DNA from: Eledone cirrhosa
Lineage: Eukaryota
DNA: 64,000 bases
NCBI GenBank assembly: GCA_964016885.1
Contig: OZ024751.1
Coordinates: 18,042,001 to 18,106,000, forward strand
Reading direction: 5' to 3'
In this document: positions 12,586-28,412 of the stretch, piece by piece
Layout: every line of letters begins with the position of its first letter
Numbering within the stretch: position 1 is the first letter of the stretch
The notes under the pieces: model-generated
Seen by the model: the letters and a program-made list of their open reading frames with translations, nothing else
Told to the model about the DNA's origin: nothing
Database searches by the model: none
Position numbers and translations under genes: made by a program

Positions 12586-13384
12586 TATGTATGTATATAT
12601 ATATATATATATTTATATACATATGCAAACATACATGTATATATTTACATAGACATATATATATATATATATATACATACAGACATATATATACATAGAC
12701 ATTTATATATATATATATATACATACATACAGACATATATATATATACATATAGACACATATATATATATACATGTACATACAGACATATATATATATAC
12801 ATATAGACACACACACATATATATATATATACATAGACATATATATAAGTATACATATACATACAGACATATATATATACATATACATACAGACATATAT
12901 ATATATATACATATACATACAGACATATATATATATATACATATACATACAGACATATATATATATACATACAGACATATATATATACATATACATACAG
13001 ACATATATATATACATATACATACAGACATATATATATACATATACATACAGACATATATATATATATACATATACATACAGACATATATATATATATAT
13101 ACATATACATACAGACACACATATATATATATACATACATACAGACACATATATATACATATATATGCATACAGACATACATATATACATACAGACATAT
13201 ATATATATAAATATATACATACAGACATATATATATATATAAATATATACATACAGACATATATATATATAGAAATATATACATACAGACATATATATAT
13301 ATAAACATATACATACAGACATATATATATATATAAACATATACATACAGACATATATATATATATAAACATATACGTACAGAC

Positions 13385-13415
<31 letters not shown>

Positions 13416-13475
13416 AGTCTGTATGTATATGTTTATATATATGTATGTATATGTTTATATATATATATATGTATG

Positions 13476-13565
<90 letters not shown>

Positions 13566-13570
13566 CATAC

Positions 13571-13614
<44 letters not shown>

Positions 13615-13636
13615 CATATATAAAGATATACATACA

Positions 13637-13678
<42 letters not shown>

Positions 13679-13700
13679 CAGCTATATATATATACATACA

Positions 13701-13742
<42 letters not shown>

Positions 13743-13744
13743 CA

Positions 13745-13799
<55 letters not shown>
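12073..13799. repeat. (TA)n-based compound micro/minisatellite with recurring CATACAGACA motif
   Basis: Visible directly; source of the Y/I-rich ORFs. Confidence 0.95.
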
Positions 13800-13803
<4 letters not shown>

Positions 13804-13965
13804 CAAAATTTTAGATTAAAGTTTAAGCAAAGAATCGCTGCTTTCACCCTTAACGGGATCTTCTGAAACTAACAAAGTCAATCTGTAAACGCAGAAGTGG
13901 ATATTTCAAAAAACGTTGCAACCGGAGGAAGACAGGAAGACGATACTTTGGTTCGTGGAAACGTT
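13800..13965 (-). mobile_element. Family G PLE terminal-repeat fragment with CAGAAGA hammerhead
   Basis: Reverse complement of about 7790-7955. Confidence 0.85.
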
Positions 13966-14011
13966 ACCTATGCAAATATGTTTATACCATTACTTATTTG
14001 CATAGGTAACG

Positions 14012-14149
14012 TAGTCCAGAATTAGCCGTCGAAACGGCTTGAGCTCAGCCGTCGGGGTCCTACTCGTTCCTATTACCCAGTCTACTACTCTAAGTATTGA
14101 GTACTTTGGTACGTTATGGTCCACCTGGTTCCTTATCACATTTCCTTCG

Positions 14150-14208
<59 letters not shown>

Positions 14209-14349
14209 CAGACATATATATATAGTCGAAACGGCTTGAGCTCAGCCGTCGGGATCCTACTCGTTCCTATTACCCACTCTACTACCCTAAGTATTGAGTA
14301 CTTTGGTGCGTTATGGTCCACCTAGTTCCTTACCACATTTCCTTCGTTA
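14012..14349 (+). mobile_element. Two tandem 5'-truncated family A elements (14012-14152 and 14225-14349) separated by (TA)n
   Basis: Match to 6512-6645. Confidence 0.85.
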
Positions 14350-14487
14350 TATATATATATATATATACATACATATATATATATACTATGAAAGGAAAAG
14401 AAATGGGTGGGTGACGGTGGGAGGAGTAAGAAAAGCATACAGCTATATATACACGCTCACATGCAATTATACACTCACACACATACA

Positions 14488-14521
<34 letters not shown>

Positions 14522-14657
14522 CGTGGATGAGTGTGTGTGTATAATGTGTATAAAAAGACATAGGTAGATACACAGATATATATTTCGCACAACTAAACAC
14601 ACACACACACATAAACACACATACATGCTCACATACACACACACACATCTATGTGTT

Positions 14658-14700
<43 letters not shown>

Positions 14701-15364
14701 GTGTGTGTGTGTGTGCGTGTGTGGATGAGTGTGTGTGTGTATAATGTGTATAAAAAGACAGATAGGTAGATACACAGATATATATTTTGCACAACTTAAC
14801 ACACACACACACAAACACACATACATGCTCACATCCACACCCACACTGAAAAGCTTGCACACATGTTGTAATAGTATGTTTCTGTTGTTACAACCCACCA
14901 TTGTATTGCCTATTGCCCACAAGGTATGTAATATTTTATTCAATTATCTTCTATTTAATTTTATATTTTCTCCTACTTAATTTCAGTTTTCTCTTGTTTG
15001 GAGTTGTTTTTGTCCCATTCATTCAGGTTTGCTTACTTTTGTTTCTCTATTTCTTTTTCTTTTACCTCAAACTATTATTTAATGGTTAACCGTCGTTGAC
15101 TTTTCGTAGTTACTGCAGCAGCAGCTGCTGTAGTAGTAGTAGTAGTAGAGATTGTGGCAGTGGTGGTAGTGGTGCTTGTAATGGCATTGGTAGTAGCCGT
15201 TGTCGTCATCGTCATAATTATAACTTGGCTGTTGTTTCTAACAGTTCGAACGACCGCGTTGTGGATTTGTTTTTTATGATGTTGGGGTTCTCTTCGAAAT
15301 ATATATATATATATTCGATAAGCTCCGTCCCATAATTATATATTTATATATATTACATTGAGAG

Positions 15365-15432
15365 TCGGCTTTCCTGATGATTTCTCCCGAATGAAACAGT
15401 TCTAGTTCTGTATAAGCCATTTCTATATCAAA
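15365..15432 (+). ncRNA. Degenerate family F hammerhead
   Basis: CTGATGA-TTTC-tccc-GAAT-GAAACAG..CTG-TA; stem I imperfect. Confidence 0.55.
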
Positions 15433-15451
15433 TATATATATTTATTATTTA

Positions 15452-15632
15452 ATTGGCAGTATCGGTAGAGGGTCGGACGCCATGCTTTCCAGCATAGTTA
15501 CGTCCCTTTACGATTTGAGTTCAAATCCCGCCAAGGTTGACTTTGCCTTTCATCCTTACGGGGTCGATAAAATAAAGTACCAGTAATGCACTGGGTAATT
15601 GCTGGCCTTGTGCCTAAAGTAGAAACAATTAT
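15452..15632 (+). mobile_element. Family-1 SINE
   Basis: TGGCAGTATCGG A box, GAGTTCAAATCC B box, body and tail. Confidence 0.9.
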
Positions 15633-15835
15633 TTAATGAGGTGTAAGATACAAATCTTTTAATAAAAACGGGATGACAACAAAGAGAAAAATATGGTTTC
15701 TTTTGGAATATCTAAATACACAGACAGAGATGTAGGCCTGATATAGCTGTCTGTCTGGTTTCATCATATGGTGTTGGACAGATATAGATATATAACAAGT
15801 ACATGATGAAATGACAAGTCAGTCAATCATATTGA

Positions 15836-15960
15836 TAACCTCCCCACAGCCCCGGTGGACAGAATAGAGAATGTGTTTCCTCGGCGGACGGCATGGGAGA
15901 CGCGCTGAAAGAGCTATTCCAACTCGCGAGGCTCACACCTGCGGCTGGCCAGCTCAGCGC
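15836..15960 (-). mobile_element. 3' coding remnant of a CRE-like (restriction-like endonuclease) non-LTR retrotransposon
   Basis: Minus strand reads RRCEPRELE*LFQRVSHAVRRGNTFSIL, matching the C-terminal LFQRIS.A..RGNA pattern; homologous to 29306-29412. Confidence 0.6.
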
Positions 15961-16565
15961 CATGTATATATATATAACAGTCGATCGACAAGATCTCAGG
16001 CCTCATGCCCTTAACGAGTGTGGTGGCACTCGTCAAATCGGACCAAGGGAACAATGAGAAAGACAGAGATAGACAGAGACAGAAACAGAGACAGGCAGAG
16101 AGACAGCAGTAGAGATAGACTACTGCTATTTCTAGTAGAATGGGTTGCCACATAGAAACTACCCCATTAATGGTGTAGTTGGCGTCCATGGTCTTGTAGT
16201 TTGGAGAATTGATGTTATTGATGTGAAACGCCATGTTAGATATAACCGGGCACACCTATGTTCAAAGACATTCCAGGCCTAGCCACTTCATTTATTTTTA
16301 CATGCACATTTTTATCTATCGCTAAAGACTCAAGGCTTATTATTTCGGGTGCATTGCGCACGATGGTACGATCATGAACTCGATTCTCAGCAGGGCCTTT
16401 CTTGTGTCCTTAAGCAAACAATTTATTTCATGTTGCTTTAGTGCAATCAACTATCAAATATGATTTATACCTGTAATTCAAACGGCAAGTCATGTCACAC
16501 ACGCATGATCCACACCACGCTGAATACCTACCTACCTTAGAGTACATATATATATATATATATAT

Positions 16566-16860
16566 ATTATGAAAATAAAACAAAGAAGCCTTCAATACAT
16601 CAAAAGTCTTTATTAGCCAACAATGTTTCGTCCTATTAAGGACTCATCAGGGCAATTAAAACTACAAGAGGCACTATCGGCCAATACAAGCCGAAAACTC
16701 AGACGAATATGGCTAATAAAGACTTTTGATGTATTGAAGGCTTCTTTGTTTTATTTTCATAATTCTTCGGCTCTGTTTAATTACACTAAGCTATACCTTT
16801 TACTGTCATTTCTATAATACGAAGAGGGTGTTTAACTCCAACACGCTCCAGTATTTCAAT

Positions 16861-16864
<4 letters not shown>
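16566..16864 (+). mobile_element. Fold-back element with a canonical hammerhead in the inverted arm
   Basis: Arms 16566-16619 and 16710-16763, tail to (TA)n; (TA)n upstream. Confidence 0.8.
16616..16653 (-). ncRNA. Canonical minimal type I hammerhead ribozyme
   Basis: Minus strand: GCC-CTGATGA-GTCC-ttaata-GGAC-GAAAC-att-GTT^GGC. Confidence 0.9.
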
Positions 16865-16922
<58 letters not shown>

Positions 16923-16987
16923 CATATATATATATATATAGCATGCTCAACTTCTTGCATGTTAAATGCTGTTCGGTTGATTATATC

Positions 16988-17400
16988 TCATCATCATCAT
17001 CCTCAGCCGAAATGGACTCAACAATTGATCTCCACGTGGGTCTGTGGTTCATTGTCGTTGCGAAGTCCTGGATTTCAACACCAGAATCTCTGGCGATGAC
17101 GTCGGGGCAGGAGAGCTTGCGCCCCTATTATTAGTGACTGCTTGTGGTTTCCAAGACACTATTGGGGACACAGTCTCATAGGTAGTACGATGGCAGTGGA
17201 CAGCAAATCTTATTCTCCTCTTACGTATAACGACTGATATGCATAGGATATGCGGCGTATATTTCTCTCAAAGTCAGATGTGCGCCAACATTTGTTCTGA
17301 ATGCGCTGAAGCAGGCGAGTGTAAGTGTCACCAAGGTGCTTTTGTTTATATCTACTGGAACACTACATGCTGGAACAAACGACTGGCCGACTACAACAAT
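16988..17400 (-). mobile_element. RTE-like LINE 3' fragment with (GAT)n tail
   Basis: Minus-strand peptides DTYTRLLQRIQNKCW, HLTLREIY, RRIRFAVHCHR..VSWKP, GRKLSCPDVIARDSG..MNHRPTWRSIV, then GATGATGATGA. Confidence 0.8.
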
Positions 17401-17813
17401 AAATTTATCTATGATTATATAATGAGATGCTCGTTTCCGAGTATCTTAAAAGACAGTAAGGCGGGAACTGAAGGGAAAATATGGGGGCTGTATTTAATAA
17501 GACTATCAATGGAGAAAAACTTACATCATGTGTGGTTGAGATGATACTAATGCATCATTGTTTGATGAGCAGGGCCAAAGAATGTGGACATAATGATAAA
17601 TAATCTACCCGAATATAAGATAGATAGATATACATTTTGTACACCGTGTAGATGGAATCGTTGCGGTCGTCAGCTCGTGATGACGCCTTTGCGTTTTGTA
17701 TAAAGATATATGTCTGCATGTACTTATGTGTGTTTATACAGATGTCTGTACATGATTTAGGGCTGCGAATTGGTAGAAGTGTTAGAGCATCGGAAAAATG
17801 ACTTGTGTATATG

Positions 17814-17957
<144 letters not shown>

Positions 17958-18165
17958 TTGTAACACTGCATTTTGTTTTTCGTTTTGGTTATTATCCCTT
18001 GTTTATTATTTAGATGATTGTGGTCTTCCTCCCAAATTTAGAAGTCATCATAATCATCATCATCATTATTATTATTATTAGTTTATTTATCTATTCATTT
18101 TTCATTTTATACAATGTCCGAAATTGTAGTTTATACGGATTGAGACAGGACCTGCGGATACAAAA

Positions 18166-18197
<32 letters not shown>

Positions 18198-18492
18198 CAG
18201 TTTTCCCGATAGAGTCTCACGGCAATAATGATACAAATTTTTAGGCCATTTTTTTAGGGTCTTCATAAAATATGTACAATCTTTACCTCTAAAATTAAAT
18301 ATACGTTGAGGCCGAAACAAAAAAATATCAAGTAAACAAATTAGAGCTGTCCCCAAACCCCCACGAAGAAAAATATTAGAACGGAATATTTTTTCGGGGG
18401 GGTCCAGATTGTTTTACTAATTATTTGCATTCTTTCTCTTCCATACTCACTTTCTTGCAGAGATATATCCTATATATATCACAATACCTCAC

Positions 18493-18583
<91 letters not shown>

Positions 18584-18587
<4 letters not shown>

Positions 18588-18705
18588 ATAATAATAAATG
18601 TGAAGACTAAAATCCGAAAAAGCCTCGATAAAGATAATATATATATATCAAAATATCCCGTTAAGGGTGAAAGCAGCGATTCTTTGTTTAAACTGTAATC
18701 TGTTA

Positions 18706-18712
<7 letters not shown>
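18584..18712. mobile_element. Rearranged family G fragment (minus-strand 3' tail joined to plus-strand hammerhead 3' half)
   Basis: 18584-18652 is similar to the reverse complement of about 7980-8047; 18655-18712 is similar to 7897-7955. Confidence 0.7.
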
Positions 18713-18758
<46 letters not shown>

Positions 18759-18933
18759 CTCTCCGTTTGTTTTGCCGAGACTAAGTAAGTGACATAGTCA
18801 CTACTTTAAAACTCATAGCGAATGGTCTTCTAAATGTTTTTAATTAAGCATACAGTATCTTGCCAAATATACTGAACATACATTCATGTATACATCGCTA
18901 TTTCAGAGCACCAATACTAATATATATATATAT

Positions 18934-19029
18934 AGTAACCCCACAAAAAATGTATACACACATTAACAGCATTCTAATAAATATTGCCTGTGCAGGTATT
19001 CAAAGTGTGCATACATTTTTGGACACCAT
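18934..19029. mobile_element. Diverged Tc1/mariner-type MITE
   Basis: Imperfect TIRs AAAAAATGTATACAC / GTGTGCATACATTTTTGGACACC; related to 43901 and 63175. Confidence 0.6.
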
Positions 19030-19050
19030 ATATATATATATATATATATA

Positions 19051-19287
19051 TAACGAAGGAGGTGTGGTAAGGAAACAGATGGACCATAACGCACCAGGGT
19101 ACTCAATACTTAGAGTAGTAGAGTGGGTAATAGGAAAATGTTTAACCCCGATAGCAGAGCTCAAGCCGTTTCGACGGCTATTTATGGACTAAATTACAAT
19201 TTTTAGCGTCACTAAACATTCTAATTTAGTCCAGAAATTGCCATCGAAACGGCTTGAGCTCTGCCGTCGGGGTTAAACATTTTCCTA
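19051..19287 (-). mobile_element. Family A fold-back element
   Basis: Reverse-orientation copy of the 6451-6645 type; arms about 19130-19196 and 19223-19287. Confidence 0.85.
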
Positions 19288-19703
19288 TATATATATATAT
19301 ATATATATATATCGTTGAGGAAGTAAATTCCGGTCCGCTGGCTTCTAGAAGTCTTATATATTTTTATGTGAGCTGATAGAGGGCAGTTTAAGGATTTACA
19401 GAAACCCAAGAAGCTAGATTTACCATCTTTCTAGCGAGTCCGGGTATGCTTTTTACATTCATTTGATTTATTGATTTATTGATATTTTATCTGAGTGTCC
19501 CGAATCTTCCAGATCGCAATTTTTCGGTCGTATGGTTGATTGTAGACATGTTCTATGTGTGACGGTATTTTAACGATAGTTATAGCTCTGATTTATCTGA
19601 ATTATTGAGCCCTCTGCCGCTCATTTCGAATTTTGTTTATCGTAAATTCGTGAGCTGATTTTCCGATACTCGATTATTCTACTATATATATATATATATA
19701 TAT

Positions 19704-20062
19704 AATTATGTAATAAACAACACAATATAATTATTCCATTACCCAAGGTTTCACGAAGTTAGACGATTCTAACAGAAACGTCTGTTTCCTTCATCAGATG
19801 AAATATCTTTATTATGGATATAAGATATGAAATTGAAATCTATTACAAATGAAAGCGAGGCTGAATTAAAATAACGGAAAAATACATATTCACACAGAAT
19901 CAGATATAAATTTTATCACACGTTTCTGTTAGAATCGCCTAACTTCGTGAAACCTTAAGTAATGGAATAATTATATTGTGTTGTTTATTATATAATTAAC
20001 TAGCTCTGTACTATACATAGAGCACTCTTCTTTCCTTTACCTTTTCTACGGAAATACTTAAC
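19704..20062 (+). mobile_element. Family B fold-back element with a complete hammerhead on the minus arm (19733-19804)
   Basis: Minus strand: ATTTCAT-CTGATGA-stem II-GAAACC-ttg-GGTA^ATGGAAT (7-bp stem I); arms 19704-19780 and 19921-19997. Confidence 0.8.
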
Positions 20063-20076
20063 ACACACACATATAC

Positions 20077-20116
<40 letters not shown>

Positions 20117-20120
<4 letters not shown>

Positions 20121-20340
20121 ATAATAATACATTTGAAAACTAAAATCCAAAGAGGGCTCGATAAGGATAAATATATATCAGATATATAAGAACCGTAGAG
20201 CAAATATTTATTAAAATAACAAATTAAAGTTTAAGCAAAGAATCGGTGCTTTCACCCTTAACGGGATCTTCAGAAGATCCCGTTAAGTGTGAAAGCAACG
20301 ATTCTTTGCTTAAACTTTAATCTGTTATTTTAATAAATAT
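20117..20340 (-). mobile_element. Family G fold-back element centred on the hammerhead core
   Basis: Palindrome centre GGGATCTTC-A-GAAGATCCC at about 20272. Confidence 0.85.
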
Positions 20341-20399
20341 ATATATATATATATATAAATATATATATATACTGCTTACACACACACAACCACACACAC

Positions 20400-20436
<37 letters not shown>

Positions 20437-20740
20437 TAAATATATTGTTATACTTGGGGAGGGTCATATTGTTGTAATAATATTGCCAGAAATAATAACA
20501 GAACACACTCACTGTTTGGTTGGTTTTCGCTTATATATATATATAAAGAGGGGTAGACAGACAGAGAGAAAGAGAGGCGACAGAGAGATATATGTAGAAG
20601 CCGGACTGGTGTAAGATAAAGTGTAAAGAGGGATTTGAACTCAATGCGTAGAAAGTTGGAAAGCAATACCGCAAATAATGTTGTCCATCGCTCTACGGAT
20701 ACTACGAATCACCTGCCTTTGATTTACATATACTACTGAT

Positions 20741-21050
20741 GTCAACTCTGGATGTCGGTGAGCATGTCCAGCCAACCTCAGTCTCCTCTGTGTCACCTTT
20801 GAGCTGACTTTTGGGATACTCCCATACAGCTCTGAGTTTTTCATCCTCAGTGTATACTGATTAATGTTCAGAGCCATCCTCAGCATGGACACAGTAGAAG
20901 AGGAAGACCAAGGTTAACGTATGTTGATGCCCTAAGGAAAGACACTGGTCTGTTGGAGATGCAGGACATGGAAGCGATAATGAAGGACAGAGACTGCTGG
21001 AGAGAACTCGTCCATGGATCTCGGGAATTTTACCCGCCTTAGATAGATAG
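20741..21050 (+). mobile_element. 5'-inverted RTE-like LINE 3' end with (AGAT)n tail and an 11-bp TSD
   Basis: Minus segment MLRMALNI..ELYGSIPKVSSKVTQRRLRLAGHAHRHPELT; plus segment HGHSRRGRPRLTYVDALRKDTGL..MKDRDCWRELV*; ATACTACTGAT at 20730-20740 and 21051-21061. Confidence 0.88.
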
Positions 21051-21061
21051 ATACTACTGAT

Positions 21062-21820
21062 TTCTAATTTAGGCAGAAGCCCAACAGTTTGTGACAGGTA
21101 TAATATATTAAATGTAAATATATTAAAAGTCCTAAGGCAAAGCTAAACATGGTGGATTTTAAACTCAGAACGTAAAGGGACGTAACTAAATGCCACGAAG
21201 ACTCTCTAACGACTCCGACAATCCATCCTCTTTAATAAAGATATGATAATTGTTTCTACTTTTGGCACAAGTCAAGTGATTTCCCAGTGCATTACTGGTA
21301 CTTTATTTTATCGACCCCCATAAGGAGGAAAGGGAAAGGTAACCTCGGCGGGATTTGAACTGAGATCGTAAAGGGCCATAACTATGGTGCAAAGCATGGA
21401 GTCCGACCCTCTACCGATACTGTCAATCCAACAATAATAATTGTTTCTACTTTTGGCACAAGGCCTGCAATTATTGCACTGTATTACTGGTACTTTATTT
21501 TATCGACCCCGTAAGGATGAAAGACAAAGTTAACCTCGGCGGGATTTGAACTCTGACCATAAAGGGACGTAACTCTTTGCTGCAAAGCATGGCGTCCGAC
21601 CCTCTACCGATACTGCCAATCGACCGCCCTGGTTTCTGATCTAAGCAGAAGGCTACCAAATTTTAGGAGAAGGGAAAGTCAATTGAATTAACCCCAATGA
21701 GATGCTGGTACTTTATTTATCGACCACATAAGGACGAAAGGCAAACTAAGAACAGCGGGTTTTGAACGTAACTATATACCTCAAAGACACTTTAACGACC
21801 CTGTCAATCCATTAACCTTA
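21062..21820 (-). mobile_element. Cluster of four family-1 SINE copies or remnants
   Basis: Near-full copies at 21248-21431 and 21438-21630; diverged copies at 21062-21230 and 21631-21820. Confidence 0.85.
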
Positions 21821-22089
21821 ATATAGATATAATTATAAAGAGTAGTAATAATAGCAGCAACAATAATAATTGCAACAAATAACATTAAAATTGTTAGAGA
21901 AATTGAAGAGAAATATATCTAAAGAATGTGGCAGACAATCGGAGACAAATTTATTATATATTATTATATATGTAAACAGCTGTAAGGAAGATGTACATAA
22001 TTTCATTTAATGTAAGATGAATGAAAACGAAACAACAGAAATTTATAGACTGCAAATACACATATACCCACGTTCGGACGTATACAGGC

Positions 22090-22216
22090 ACGTATGTATA
22101 TGTATATATATATATATATATATATAAATATGTATATATATATATATATGTAAATATGTATATATATATATGGAAATATGTGTGTGTATATATTTATACG
22201 TGTGGGTTCATGTATA

Positions 22217-22295
<79 letters not shown>

Positions 22296-23201
22296 CTGTG
22301 TGAGGTTTTGTGTGTGAGTGTATATATGCTTTGATAAATGACAACGTATATATTAATGTGTATGTATGAGTAAGCAAAAATGAAACATTTCGAATATATA
22401 TATTTACATATACATACACACGGGATACATACCAAATATAATAATATATCATACGTACATAATATAAATTATGTGTATATAATGTATATAGACTTATACG
22501 TATTTCCGGTTGTTTCTTTTGTCCGCCATTAAAAAATATGTATCGTTGTTTGGTTTTTAAAAGAAAAATATTTTCGTCTTTTATCCCAAAGGGAATTTAT
22601 ACATCTTATATTTTTCACTCACACCTTCAATTTATACACCACCGTATACATACCTGTATATATAAATAAATATATACACTCACACACTCACACACATATA
22701 TATATATATATATAAATATATATACACCAACCCCCTTATATTCATATATATAAATATACACACAAACATATATAAATGGATATATACAGACATTTATATA
22801 AATGAATATATATACACACCCACGCATATATCTATAAATACACACACACACACACACACATATATAAATATACACACACATTTATAAATACACACACACA
22901 TAAATGCACACACACACACACACACTCGCATATATATATATATATATATATACAGTGTGTGCGTGAGGGTGAACGTGTGTGTCTTATTAACAGGAAATAA
23001 AGAAATATTTTCTACATATGACAAGTAACACAATAACTCTTCCATGTTTTGTCTATTTTTTGAAGCAATCTAAACAGAAAATAAAAGCTTTATCGTATTT
23101 GTTTATAGTAATAGAAAAAAGAGGCCGACAATAAACGCACACACAGATTATATATATATATATACACTCATATATATATATATATATACATAATATACAC
23201 G

Positions 23202-23233
<32 letters not shown>

Positions 23234-23286
23234 CATACATACACATACATATATATACATATTCACACACATATAAATATATTTTC

Positions 23287-23326
<40 letters not shown>

Positions 23327-23720
23327 ATGTGTGTGTAGAAATGTACATATAGATATGTGTATATATAAATATATATATATATATATAAATATATATATAT
23401 ATAAATATATATATATCTACATATATATCTATACATATATATATACATATATATACATATATATCTATATACATATATATCTATACATATATATACATAT
23501 ATATACATATATATCTATACATATATATACATATATATACATATATATACATATATATACATATATATCTATACATATATATACATATATATACATATAT
23601 ATACATATATATACATATATATCTATACATATCTATACATATATATCTATACATATCTATACATATATATATACTTATATATATATATATATGTATATGT
23701 ATGTATAAATGTACATTCAC

Positions 23721-23763
<43 letters not shown>

Positions 23764-23800
23764 GATAAATGTACACATATATGTGTGTGTGTGTGTGAGA
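22090..23800. repeat. (TA)n/(CA)n/(TG)n low-complexity region including (TACATATATA)n-like tracts
   Basis: Visible directly. Confidence 0.9.
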
Positions 23801-23958
23801 GAAAGAATATGTATGTATAGTTATGTATAGTTCTATCCAAAATCTGGAGGATATATTACGATATAGAAACATTAATATAGGTTTTTTCTATACAGAATAA
23901 TATTGATTACAACAAAATAATTATCTTTCTGTCTCACCTTATCTCTCTCTATCTCTCA

Positions 23959-23989
<31 letters not shown>

Positions 23990-24070
23990 TACATACATTG
24001 GGTCATCACGATGGAATTTGTAGAAATTTGTAGAAAAGTGAACAAATTTCTATATATTTCATACTTGGCA

Positions 24071-24728
<658 letters not shown>

Positions 24729-24730
24729 AT

Positions 24731-25180
24731 GTTATACTTGGGGAGGGTCGTATTGTTGTAATACTATTGCCAGAAATAATAACAGAACACACTCACTGCT
24801 TGGTTGGTTTTCGTGTCTGCATCTTTAATTTCTCCATAGTTAATTCAATTGGCCATCAATGTTTTTCATTGATTGACCAACGGTCAAAAATACGGATATA
24901 AATATATATATATATATATATAGTCTAACCAAAGTTCTTTCATTGCACATCTGCAACATCATCAGGGGTACAATTACCATGTTTTCTCATGACTTTAGTT
25001 AGACTATATATATTTATGTCCGTATTTTTTACCCTTGGTCAGTCAATGATAAACATTGATGGCCAAATGAATTAACTATACAGATATAAAAGAAGCAGAA
25101 GCGAAAACCAATCAGTGGGTGTGTTCTGTTATTATTTCTGGCAATAGTACTACAACAATATGAGCCTCCCCAAGTATAAC
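24731..25180. mobile_element. Inverted pair of family C repeats enclosing (TA)n and a family D hammerhead-like element (24921-25006)
   Basis: 24731-24897 and 25019-25180 are diverged reverse complements. Minus 24927-24970 reads CCC-CTGATGA-T-GTTGCA-gatg-TGCAAT-GAAAGAACTT; a relative lies at about 6716-6755. Confidence 0.7.
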
Positions 25181-25228
25181 AATATCTGTTTCGACACATG
25201 ATTTCATATAAAAAACCTCGCAAAACAA

Positions 25229-25274
<46 letters not shown>

Positions 25275-25319
25275 CACTGTCTCTGTCATTTGGTCTCCCT
25301 TATTGTCTCGCTGCCTATA

Positions 25320-25359
<40 letters not shown>

Positions 25360-25361
<2 letters not shown>

Positions 25362-25559
25362 TAGAGTCAGGACTCCCAAGGCTCAGCTCGGACGTTTCTA
25401 AGGCTAAATCCGGGAAACTAATACTCAGGATCTAGCTTTCGAAACCGCCGGAGCTCTGCCGTCGGGGTCCTTTCTCTTTTCCTATTACGCACTCTACTGC
25501 CCTAAGTATCGAGTACTCTGGTGTTTTATGTTCCACCAGTTATCTTACCACACTCTCTT

Positions 25560-25563
<4 letters not shown>
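25360..25563 (+). mobile_element. Diverged family A fold-back element
   Basis: GAAAC..GAGCTCTGCCGTCGGGGTC..ACTCTACT..GAGTAC. Confidence 0.75.
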
Positions 25564-28190
<2,627 letters not shown>

Positions 28191-28412
28191 GTACTTGTCT
28201 GACAATGCGTGATTGGGTTGGGGTTGCCCTGTGTCTGATATGTTCTCTGTGTGAGAATGTCTTCAGGACTGAAACCCTAGTAGATGTGTCCTGGTCCCGT
28301 TGATTGTTGGCAGAAAAAGTGTTGCAGTATGATCAGCTAAAAAATGAAACCACATATATCAACGATTGTAACGATAGCAGTATTATCAACATCAACAACA
28401 ATACTAGCATAA

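Noticed and set aside
12073-13819. Tyr/Ile-rich ORFs on both strands
   Set aside because: Translations of (TA)n-based microsatellite; the same applies to 24318-27701 and 60176-60866.
19372-19410. CTGATAGA..GAAAC as a hammerhead
   Set aside because: Wrong core spacing and no convincing stems, although this island has the 3' RCTC/GAGY hairpin.
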